IMG/VR virus record: IMGVR_UViG_3300015608_004971
Length of the DNA stretch: 64,000 bases
Strand: one strand, 5' to 3'
DNA from: a virus
Taxonomy: Duplodnaviria > Caudoviricetes
Shown here: in pieces, positions 11,347-19,901 of the stretch
Position numbering within the stretch: the stretch's first letter is position 1
Layout of the letters: each line of letters begins with the position of its first letter
The notes under the pieces: model-generated
The model's database searches: none
Told to the model about the DNA's origin: nothing
Seen by the model: the letters and a program-made list of their open reading frames with translations, nothing else
Made by a program: the position numbers and the translations under genes

Positions 11347-11778
11347 ATGAAAAATAGAAATCTTAAACATAGCGATAATTGGAAAACGCCTGAATCATTT
11401 TATAGCGAGCTTAATAAAGAATTTGATTTTAATTTTGATCCGTGTCCTTATACGAATGATGAGCCAGAATTTGATGGTCTTTCTATCGAATGGAAAGAAA
11501 GAAACTTTATAAATCCACCATATTCTAGAAAACTTAAAGAAGCTTTTGTTATAAAAGCTATAGAAGAAGCGAACAAAGGGAAATTATGTGTCTTATTGCT
11601 TCCTGTATCTACTTCAACGAAACTTTTTCATGAAAAAATTTTAAAAGTTGAAAAAAGAGAAATTAGATTTGTCAAAGGAAGAATTTCTTTTGAAGGATAT
11701 AATACAAAAGGCGAACTTGTAAAGAATAAAAAAGGTATGCATGACTCTATGATTGTTATATTTGATGGACGTGAATAA
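11347..11778 (+). CDS. Phage DNA N6-adenine methyltransferase (small Dam-type)
   Basis: DNWKTP, FDPC, catalytic NPPY and VKGRISF motifs; AAGGAG RBS. Confidence 0.85.
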   Translation: MKNRNLKHSDNWKTPESFYSELNKEFDFNFDPCPYTNDEPEFDGLSIEWKERNFINPPYSRKLKEAFVIKAIEEANKGKLCVLLLPVSTSTKLFHEKILKVEKREIRFVKGRISFEGYNTKGELVKNKKGMHDSMIVIFDGRE

Positions 11779-12287
11779 TGATACTTGGATTGGATGTGTC
11801 ATCATCAATGATTGGAATTGTTTTACTTGATAGTCAAGGAACTTTAATTAAACAAAGTAAAATTCAATTAAATAAAGCAAAAATAAAAGATGAATATGAT
11901 AAAATTGATACTATTAAAGAACATTTAACAAAAGAATATAAAAGTTTTAATAATATAGATAAAATAAGAGTTGAAGCGCCCTTGGCAGCTTTCGGTAAGG
12001 GAAAATCAACAGCAGCAACTTTAGCTATATTAAACAGATTTAATGGAATCACATGTTCTATTCTGTATGAAATTTTTAAAATAAAGCCAGAATTGGTATA
12101 CTCATCTACAGCAAGAAAAAAATGCAAAGTGATAATTCAGAGCAAAGAGAGTGTCAAGCAGGACGTTCTAAAGAGGGTGCTTGACATCTGCCCTGCCTTC
12201 GTGCTAGAATATACACGACAGAAGAACTACGCGCCAGGAACTTTTGACATGGCGGATGCTTTTGTTGTTGCATATTCTGGTATTTGA
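11778..12287 (+). CDS. ruvC: RuvC-like Holliday junction resolvase
   Basis: MILGLDVSS, VE, and C-terminal DMADA acidic motifs of the RNase H fold. Confidence 0.8.
   Translation: MILGLDVSSSMIGIVLLDSQGTLIKQSKIQLNKAKIKDEYDKIDTIKEHLTKEYKSFNNIDKIRVEAPLAAFGKGKSTAATLAILNRFNGITCSILYEIFKIKPELVYSSTARKKCKVIIQSKESVKQDVLKRVLDICPAFVLEYTRQKNYAPGTFDMADAFVVAYSGI
12181..12210 (+). promoter_or_regulatory. Sigma70-type promoter inside ruvC, upstream of primase
   Basis: TTGACA-N18-TAGAAT with TGn extended -10. Confidence 0.55.
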
Positions 12288-13261
12288 TGAAGACACAAAT
12301 AGAAATTTTAAAAGAAGCTTTGGGTGATTTTAAAGTTTCAAGAAATGAACTTTTATTTCACTGTCCATTTTGTGAGCACAAAAATAAAAAACTATCAGTA
12401 AATTTAGAAAAAAATGCTTGGAAATGTTGGACGTGCGACATTAGAGGAAAAAATATTTCGTATCTAATAAAGAGATATGCACCAGAATTTATAGATAATT
12501 GGTCATTATATGATAAATCAATTATAACAGATAATCTAGAAGATACGATAATTTCTATTTTTAAAGAAGAAAAAACAAATAATATTTCATTTGAAGAAAC
12601 AAAAGTTTCTTTGCCATTTCAATTTAAAAAATTTACTTCACTGGCAAGTACATATGAAAAGTTAGCCTATAAATATTTAATAAATGAAAGAAAACTTAGC
12701 AATCAAGATATTTTTGACTATACATTAGGTTTTTGTGAGTATGGAGAGTATAAAGGTTATATTATTATTCCATCATTTAATGAAAATGGAAAAATAAATA
12801 ATTTTATAGCAAGAGCTTTTATTAACAATAATAAAGAAAAATATACTGGCCCGCCAATAAAAAAGAATAATGTTATTTTTAATGAATTTTTTATTGATTT
12901 TGATAAGCCGATCCTTCTTGTAGAAGGATTTTTTGATTTAATAGCTAGTGGAAATGACAATTGCATTCCTTTACTAGGCTCTTTACTGAGTAAAGATAGT
13001 AAACTTTATTATAAATTGGCTAAACATAAACCAGAAATAACAATTTGCCTTGACAAAGACGCAAGATTAAAACAGCAAAAAATTCTTGATACTTTGCAGG
13101 ATGTAATACCAAATTTATTCTTTATTGACTTAGAAGATGACAGAGATATAGCAGAACTTGGAAAAGAAGAATTTCAAAAAATTTTTTATTATAAAAGAGA
13201 GAAATTTTCAAAAGAACCACTCATAAATCTTGAAAAAAGAATTAAAATGATTTTTGAATAA
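12284..13261 (+). CDS. DNA primase (Zn finger + TOPRIM)
   Basis: CPFC...CWTC zinc finger; VEGFFD and LDKD TOPRIM motifs. Confidence 0.85.
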   Translation: MMKTQIEILKEALGDFKVSRNELLFHCPFCEHKNKKLSVNLEKNAWKCWTCDIRGKNISYLIKRYAPEFIDNWSLYDKSIITDNLEDTIISIFKEEKTNNISFEETKVSLPFQFKKFTSLASTYEKLAYKYLINERKLSNQDIFDYTLGFCEYGEYKGYIIIPSFNENGKINNFIARAFINNNKEKYTGPPIKKNNVIFNEFFIDFDKPILLVEGFFDLIASGNDNCIPLLGSLLSKDSKLYYKLAKHKPEITICLDKDARLKQQKILDTLQDVIPNLFFIDLEDDRDIAELGKEEFQKIFYYKREKFSKEPLINLEKRIKMIFE

Positions 13262-13273
13262 AAAAGGAAAAAA

Positions 13274-16200
13274 ATGTTTAAAATAGCACATATATCTGAT
13301 ATTCATATTCACAATTATAAAATGCTTGATGAACAAAAACAAGTATTTGAAAAATTATATGAATCTTTAAGAGAAGAAAAGCCAAATTATATATTTTTAA
13401 CTGGTGATGTTTTTCACGTCAAAACAAACATAACACCAGAAGCATATGAAACTTGTTATAATTTTTTTCTATCATTATCTGATATAACAGATGTTCATAT
13501 GATTATTGGAAATCATGACATTTCCTTATCAAACAAAGGAAGACTAGATAGCATAACACCAGTTTTTAATGCGGTTAAAAAAATAAAAGACAATATATAT
13601 TTTCATAAATATACAGGCACATTTTCTTTAAATGATGAGACACAAGTCTATGTATTGTCTTTTTTGGATAAAGTATATGAAAAGCAAAAATTTGAGCTAG
13701 ACAATAATAAAATTAATATTGCACTTTATCATGGCGGAGTAAAAGGAGCTATGACCGATTCAGGCTGGATTGTTCCTCATGGCGACGTTGACTTAAAAAC
13801 ACTAAGAAATTTTGATTATGGTTTGATTGGCGATATCCATAAGGCAAATCAATCTGTTGATGGTCTTGGAAGAATTCGCTATGCAGGTTCTTTATGTCAA
13901 AATACTTTTGGTGAAGATAACGATAAAGGATATCTAATTTGGGAGATTGAAAATAAAGACGACTATGATGTTCGTCATATTCATATTCCAAATCCAAAAC
14001 CATATATAACAATCCATATCGATAAAGATGGTGATATTTTTAATGTAGAAAAAATATCAAAGAATTGCAGACTTAGAGTAACGTCAGAATTACCAGAAAT
14101 AAATGTAAAATCTATTCTGCATGAGTATCAAGAAAAATTTGCACTAGATAGTGTTACTTTTATTAACAAAAAACAAAATCAAGTTGGCGAAACTAACATA
14201 AAAAATTATCGCGATGAAGAATCGCAAGTATCTTTAATAAAAGAATTTTTTGAAGGAAAAAATGTTGATGATGAAACCTTAAATAAGATTATTTATATAA
14301 ATAATGAAATATATAAAGAAATTTCTTCAGAGCAAGAAATAAATCGTCATATTAACTGGAAGCTCTTAAAATTAGAGTGGTCAAATTTATTTAATTATGG
14401 TGAAAATAATTTTATTAATTTTGAAAATAGAGAAGGTCTATATGGTCTTTTTGGAAAAAATTACTCTGGAAAAAGTTCTGTAATTGATGCGCTACTATTT
14501 GCAATTTATGGAACAACATCAAAAAATATTAGAAAAAATCTTAATATATTAAATAATACAAAAAATACTGGTTTTGCAACAGTTTATGTTGATATAAGCG
14601 GTAAAAAATATAAAATTCATAGAACCTTAGAAAGATACCAGAAAAAAATAAAAGGAATTTCAACTGATGATGCAAAATCAAATGTAGATTTTTTCTTAAT
14701 GGAAAGTGACAAGTTAGAAAATTTAAATGGTTCAGAAAAATTTGATACAGATAAAATTATTTCAAAATATTTTGGTGGTATTGATGATTTTTTGACAACA
14801 TGTTTGTCATCACAAAATGGACAATTTTCCTTCATTAATGAAGGGTCGACAAAGAGAAAAGAGATATTAGCAAAATTTCTTGATATAGAGTTCTATGATG
14901 CTTGCCATAAAGCTGGCAAAGAAAAATTTTCGTCTTATAAATCAATATTCGAAAAATATAAGATGAGAAAGTTTGATGATGAACTTCTTGTTCTTGAAGA
15001 ACAAAGAGTTTTATTGAGTCAAGATATAAATGCCCTTGAGGATAAAAGAAAAGAATTGCTCGCATTAATTTTAGATACACAAGCCGAAGAACATCTCCAG
15101 AATTCTTTAATTTTCAAGGCAAAACAAGAAAAAGAAATTAATTTATTATCAACAAGAGATCTAACAAACGAACTTTATGAAATAGATAAACAAATTTCTC
15201 TTCTTGATAAGAAAACATTAGAAGATAATATTATTCTTTTTGATTATGCATCATCAAAAATTAATGAATATAAAAATTCTATTTTAATTAATGAAAAAGA
15301 TTTAAGTCTTTGTAAGAAAGATCAAAATGATTTAAAAGGCTTACCATGTACCGAACAGATGAAAACAGTTTGTCCGTATGTTTCAAAAGCAAAGAGCAAT
15401 TCAGATAGAATTTCTTTACTAGAAGAATCTTTAAGGAAAAATAAAGCATTTTTAGATGACTTATCTGGAAAATTTGATAATCTTAAAATTCTTAAAGCAA
15501 ACTCTATATCAAAATTAGGTGAACTCAACGCTTTATTGGAAAGAAAAAAGATATTTGAGACGAATTTATCGAAATTAAAAGTACAACTTATTTGGTTAGA
15601 AAAAGAATTAAATGGTTTTTCTTCGTCGTCTGACGACGAAGAAAAATTTAATAAATTTGAAAAAGTTAAAAGCGACAATTTAGAATTAACTCAAAAAATA
15701 AATGATATGAATAGAGAGCTTGGAATTGTTATGCAAAAAATTTCATCAACAAATATAGAAAAAAATGATTATGAAATTTGTAGACAAAATTTTCATGCAT
15801 ACGAATTATACTGCGATGCAGTTCATTCAAATGGTATTCCTTACATGATTATTAAATCAAATATTAATATTGTTAATTCTGAACTTGAAAAGGTGCTTGG
15901 TTCTATTTGCGATTTTACTGCCAAATTTGAGCCAATAGAAAATAAGTTAGATATAAATCTATTTTCTCCAGGTTTAAACATAACAAGACCAATAGAAAAT
16001 GGCTCTGGCGCTGAAAGAACCTTGGTTTCTATGGCAATAAGAACTGCATTGACAAATATTACAACTTTGCCAAAATCAAATCTATTTATATTGGATGAGC
16101 CAGGAACAGCACTTGATATTTCATCAATGAAAGGTTTGACAAAATACCTTGAAGAAATGAAAAACTACTTTGATTTAACACTCTTAATAAGTCACATAGA

Positions 16201-16276
16201 TTATCTAAAAGATTCAGTGGATCAAAGCATAGAAGTTCAAACAAATAGTGATGGCTTAGCTTTTATCCAATATTAA
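13274..16276 (+). CDS. Fused SbcD/Mre11 nuclease - SbcC/Rad50 ATPase (T4 gp47+gp46-like)
   Basis: N-terminal DIH, GDVF, GNHD, GDIH phosphoesterase motifs; Walker A GKNYSGKS; coiled coil; GSGAE signature; Walker B ILDEP; ISH. Confidence 0.9.
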   Translation: MFKIAHISDIHIHNYKMLDEQKQVFEKLYESLREEKPNYIFLTGDVFHVKTNITPEAYETCYNFFLSLSDITDVHMIIGNHDISLSNKGRLDSITPVFNAVKKIKDNIYFHKYTGTFSLNDETQVYVLSFLDKVYEKQKFELDNNKINIALYHGGVKGAMTDSGWIVPHGDVDLKTLRNFDYGLIGDIHKANQSVDGLGRIRYAGSLCQNTFGEDNDKGYLIWEIENKDDYDVRHIHIPNPKPYITIHIDKDGDIFNVEKISKNCRLRVTSELPEINVKSILHEYQEKFALDSVTFINKKQNQVGETNIKNYRDEESQVSLIKEFFEGKNVDDETLNKIIYINNEIYKEISSEQEINRHINWKLLKLEWSNLFNYGENNFINFENREGLYGLFGKNYSGKSSVIDALLFAIYGTTSKNIRKNLNILNNTKNTGFATVYVDISGKKYKIHRTLERYQKKIKGISTDDAKSNVDFFLMESDKLENLNGSEKFDTDKIISKYFGGIDDFLTTCLSSQNGQFSFINEGSTKRKEILAKFLDIEFYDACHKAGKEKFSSYKSIFEKYKMRKFDDELLVLEEQRVLLSQDINALEDKRKELLALILDTQAEEHLQNSLIFKAKQEKEINLLSTRDLTNELYEIDKQISLLDKKTLEDNIILFDYASSKINEYKNSILINEKDLSLCKKDQNDLKGLPCTEQMKTVCPYVSKAKSNSDRISLLEESLRKNKAFLDDLSGKFDNLKILKANSISKLGELNALLERKKIFETNLSKLKVQLIWLEKELNGFSSSSDDEEKFNKFEKVKSDNLELTQKINDMNRELGIVMQKISSTNIEKNDYEICRQNFHAYELYCDAVHSNGIPYMIIKSNINIVNSELEKVLGSICDFTAKFEPIENKLDINLFSPGLNITRPIENGSGAERTLVSMAIRTALTNITTLPKSNLFILDEPGTALDISSMKGLTKYLEEMKNYFDLTLLISHIDYLKDSVDQSIEVQTNSDGLAFIQY

Positions 16277-16287
16277 CAGAGGATAAA

Positions 16288-16500
16288 ATGAAATTTATGA
16301 AAGCACAAGTTGATAAAATACTAGAAAAATATCTTTCAAGAAAATTAATGGTATGGATAACATCCACTGCTTTTCTTGCATTTGATAAACTTTCTGGCGA
16401 TGAATGGGTTGCAATAGCACTTACCTATATTGGTTCGCAAGCATTGGTGGAGATAGCATCAAAATGGAAAGCCGCTGGCAAAAACTTAAATCAAGATTAA
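16288..16500 (+). CDS. Small membrane protein, holin-like
   Basis: SRK followed by two short hydrophobic segments and a basic C-terminus; GAGG RBS. Confidence 0.5.
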   Translation: MKFMKAQVDKILEKYLSRKLMVWITSTAFLAFDKLSGDEWVAIALTYIGSQALVEIASKWKAAGKNLNQD

Positions 16501-16898
16501 TAGATTTAAGTCTAACAATAAAGAGCATCAGCTCAAAGATTTTTAATAATATAAATTATGTTATTTATATTATATTTGGAATAATAATAGTTTTATTATT
16601 TTTAAAAATAGGCTTTCTTCAAAAGGAAATACAAGAAAACAATATAGAAACTATAAATCTCTTAAATGAATCATTAAAAATTGATAACTCATATTTAGAA
16701 AAAATACAAAATATTGATAAGAAATATGAACAAGAAATAATAAAAATTAATAAAAATTATATAGATTCAAAATTAGAATTAGAAAAAATAAAAGAACTTA
16801 AACAAAAACAATTTTTAAAAGCTAGTTATGAAAGACCAGATGAAGTAGCAAAAGAAATAGCTGACGAGTTTGATTTTGATCTGGTCAATTTAAAATAA
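16464..16898 (+). CDS. Membrane-anchored coiled-coil protein, i-spanin-like
   Basis: Probable start at ATG 16464 (GGAG RBS); single TM (YVIYIIFGIIIVLLFL) then coiled coil; overlaps the holin-like gene. Confidence 0.45.
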   Translation: MESRWQKLKSRLIDLSLTIKSISSKIFNNINYVIYIIFGIIIVLLFLKIGFLQKEIQENNIETINLLNESLKIDNSYLEKIQNIDKKYEQEIIKINKNYIDSKLELEKIKELKQKQFLKASYERPDEVAKEIADEFDFDLVNLK

Positions 16899-16923
16899 TA
16901 TCTCTAGAGAAGGAACTAATAAT

Positions 16924-17016
16924 ATGAAAAAATGTGGCAACGGCCCTGGTGCAGTAAAAAAACCCGGTGCAAATACAAAGGGGTTTCCAAAACCTACTAA
17001 ATCGAAAAAAAAATAA
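16924..17016 (+). CDS. 30-aa Lys-rich ORF (MKKCGNGPGAVKKPGANTKGFPKPTKSKKK), not in the ORF track
   Basis: AAGGA RBS, ATG 16924, TAA 17014-17016 right after an A9 run. Confidence 0.4.
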   Translation: MKKCGNGPGAVKKPGANTKGFPKPTKSKKK

Positions 17017-17422
17017 GCTCTTTTTAACAATATTCTTATTTTTATACTTAATAAGACCTGATGTTTACGGACTTACAAAGCCAAAGATGGCAGCTGTCCG
17101 TAAACATCAGGTTGTTGATTTTGATGGCTATTGCTATGATTATGAGGCCAATGCAAAATTAATGACAGAAATAAGAACAGCAAAACAAGCATGCGAAATA
17201 GAAAACAAAAAACTTGTTGATGAGAATGCTGCGAAATGTCGTGCAGAGCAGCAAAAAAAACAAGCAGAATTCGATGCTAAAGAATCAAAATATAAAATTC
17301 TAATTCAAGAACAATCAAAAGCTTTAAAAAACAAAAAATATGATACATACTTATATGCAGGTATAGGATTGATTGCTGGTGCAATTATATCTGGCATTAC
17401 TGTTTATTTGGTAAAAAAATAA
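16967..17422 (+). CDS. Membrane/periplasmic coiled-coil protein, spanin-like; start uncertain
   Basis: N-terminal hydrophobic stretch, Cys-containing coiled coil, C-terminal TM. Confidence 0.45.
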   Translation: MQIQRGFQNLLNRKKNKLFLTIFLFLYLIRPDVYGLTKPKMAAVRKHQVVDFDGYCYDYEANAKLMTEIRTAKQACEIENKKLVDENAAKCRAEQQKKQAEFDAKESKYKILIQEQSKALKNKKYDTYLYAGIGLIAGAIISGITVYLVKK

Positions 17423-17730
17423 TGTTATTGACTTTACTTGAAAAAGATTTAAAAGAACAAATTCTTTACAAAATTGAAGAAAAATATGGCCAAATAGTTG
17501 CAAAGGATTATGCCGAACTTTGGAACCCAGAGAAAGAAAGAAGATATCTTCAGTTTTATAAAGAAAAATTTGAAATAGAATCAAATATAAATCATAAACT
17601 AATTATAAAAGACATTAGGGTGTGCTCTAAGTGTAATAAATATTCGCTTAAATATTTAGACGATTATTATTTAAATAATTTTAATGCTTGTATGAATTGT
17701 TATATTAAGCATATTGAGGGTAAAAAATAA
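17422..17730 (+). CDS. Hypothetical zinc-finger protein
   Basis: CSKC...CMNC; TAATG coupling. Confidence 0.6.
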   Translation: MLLTLLEKDLKEQILYKIEEKYGQIVAKDYAELWNPEKERRYLQFYKEKFEIESNINHKLIIKDIRVCSKCNKYSLKYLDDYYLNNFNACMNCYIKHIEGKK

Positions 17731-17732
17731 AA

Positions 17733-18260
17733 ATGAAACTTGAAGATGTACAGCAAGGCTTGAAACAAATTCAAGCAAAAACTTTTGATGGCTCCCCTTT
17801 CAAAATAGGTTTAAAAAGAGAGGAAGTAGATAAATACCATAGACGAATAATGGATGGCTTTTCTGTATGTGTTCATTCTCCAAATAGAGTAATAATTAGC
17901 TATTCGTCAGAATGCAAGCTGTCAGATGTTCACAAAAAAAATAAGTTCGAATCAGATGCATATGATATGGTCGAAAAAGTTAAAAAATTTTTAAAACAAG
18001 AATTTAAAAAAGAAACTGGAAAGGCTTTAAGTCTGCAACAAGTTAAAAAAAATGATATTCATGTTGAATATATCTCAAGAGTTGTTTGTCATTTTAAAGT
18101 TTCTGTCGAATATACCACAAAAGTTGAAGATTCAAAAATCAAAGATGAAGATTTAGAGAGATCAAGAGAAGGCAAAAAAGAATTTTTAGGTTTAGGTGGA
18201 TGGAAAGGATTTGTTGATAAATCTAAAAAGAAGATAAAGAATAATATAAATGGCCAATAA
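17733..18260 (+). CDS. Hypothetical protein upstream of terminase
   Basis: Coupled ORF with GAGG RBS. Confidence 0.6.
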   Translation: MKLEDVQQGLKQIQAKTFDGSPFKIGLKREEVDKYHRRIMDGFSVCVHSPNRVIISYSSECKLSDVHKKNKFESDAYDMVEKVKKFLKQEFKKETGKALSLQQVKKNDIHVEYISRVVCHFKVSVEYTTKVEDSKIKDEDLERSREGKKEFLGLGGWKGFVDKSKKKIKNNINGQ

Positions 18261-19896
18261 AGAGGAACAAAAGAAACAACAATCTCTAGAATTAACAAGA
18301 GATGATAAAATAAAAATTATTAGAAGATGCATGCAAGATCCTGCATTCTTCATAGAAAGCTTTTGTACTGTTTCTCACCCAATGAAAGGCGCAGTTCCAT
18401 TTAAATTATATCCTTTTCAGAGAGATTGCGTTAAAGAATTTCAAGCAAATCGTTTTAATATAGTTTTAAAGTCTAGACAGCTAGGTTTATCAACTGTAAC
18501 TGCTGCCTATGTTGCATGGCTATTACTTTTTAAAGAACATAAATCTGTTTTAACAATTGCTACAAAACTTGGTACAGCAGCAAATCTTGTTAAAAAAGTA
18601 AAATTTATGATAAGTAAACTTCCGCCTTGGTTAGTGATTAGTGATATTGTAAAAAATAATGCCAATATTCTTGAATTTGCAAATGGTTCTTTTATCAAAG
18701 CAGCATCGACATCGAGCGATGCAGGCCGCTCAGAGGCCCTTTCTTTGCTTGTTATTGACGAGGCTGCTGTTATTGAAGGATTAGATGAACTTTGGGCTGG
18801 TTTATATCCAACAATTTCAACTGGCGGTTCATGTATTGCTATTTCATCACCAAAAGGTATTGGCAATTGGTTTCATAAAACATGGATTGAGGCACAGGAA
18901 GGTAAAAACGATTTTAATACAATAATGCTTCCATGGAACGTACATCCAGAACGTAACGATGAATGGTTTAGAAATGAAACAAAAAACTTTAGTTTAAGAT
19001 ATATTGCACAAGAATACGAATGTAATTTCGATATGTCAGGTGATACATTTCTAGAAACATCAGATATTATGTGGCTTGAATCTATAGTTAAGCCACCAAA
19101 ATATAAAATGGATAATGATAACTCTATATGGGTCTGGAAAACTTACGATTCAACAAAAAAATATTTTTTAACAGCAGATGTTGCTCGTGGTGATGGAGCA
19201 GATAATTCAACATTTATGGTATTCGATCAAAATAGTTTTGAATGTGTTGCAGAATTTTATGATAAGGTAAAACCAGATCATCTGGCATTAAAGATTAATG
19301 ATATTGGACGAGAGTATGGTAATGCTTTAGCTGTTATTGAAAGCAATTCATATGGTGAGCATACATTAACAGAGCTAGAAAAACTTCAATATCCAAATAT
19401 TTATTATTCTTATGGCAATTCTCATGAGATAGTAGATCCAAGTGATGTTTATGGCGCATCAAATGTAAAAGCTGGTTTGTATACTTCATCTAAATTGCGC
19501 CTTTTTATGATTTCAAAGCTTGAAGAATACATTCGTAATAAAAATGTAAGTCTTTATTCATCGAGACTTGTAGAAGAAATGAAAAAATTTATTTGGAAAA
19601 ACGGAAAAGCACAATCAGCAAAATCATCAAATGATGACCTAATTATGTCTCTCGCAATAGCTTGTTACATTAAAGACATGGTATTTAGAGTTAATGTTGC
19701 AGATATGGAATATGACCGCGTTGCATTAAAGTCTGTTTTTGTTTCATCAAATCAATTTAATGTAACAATGCCAGGACAAATTTCAACTGGTGTTCTTGAC
19801 CGCTTTGGAAATAAAATTATAAATACATCTAAAGCTTTACAAAAAGAAAAATTAGGTAATAATATAAGATATTCTAGACAAATTTTTATAGGCTAA
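18250..19896 (+). CDS. Terminase large subunit (T4 gp17-like)
   Basis: LYPFQ Q-motif, KSRQLGLS Walker A, LLVIDEAA Walker B, ADVARG and NDDLIM nuclease motifs. Confidence 0.95.
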   Translation: MANKEEQKKQQSLELTRDDKIKIIRRCMQDPAFFIESFCTVSHPMKGAVPFKLYPFQRDCVKEFQANRFNIVLKSRQLGLSTVTAAYVAWLLLFKEHKSVLTIATKLGTAANLVKKVKFMISKLPPWLVISDIVKNNANILEFANGSFIKAASTSSDAGRSEALSLLVIDEAAVIEGLDELWAGLYPTISTGGSCIAISSPKGIGNWFHKTWIEAQEGKNDFNTIMLPWNVHPERNDEWFRNETKNFSLRYIAQEYECNFDMSGDTFLETSDIMWLESIVKPPKYKMDNDNSIWVWKTYDSTKKYFLTADVARGDGADNSTFMVFDQNSFECVAEFYDKVKPDHLALKINDIGREYGNALAVIESNSYGEHTLTELEKLQYPNIYYSYGNSHEIVDPSDVYGASNVKAGLYTSSKLRLFMISKLEEYIRNKNVSLYSSRLVEEMKKFIWKNGKAQSAKSSNDDLIMSLAIACYIKDMVFRVNVADMEYDRVALKSVFVSSNQFNVTMPGQISTGVLDRFGNKIINTSKALQKEKLGNNIRYSRQIFIG

Positions 19897-19901
19897 ATAA
19901 A

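Noticed and set aside
5607-13055. Other TTGACA hexamers (5607, 13050)
   Set aside because: No properly spaced -10 element.
17733-18260. Terminase small subunit
   Set aside because: Only its position supports this; no recognisable motif.
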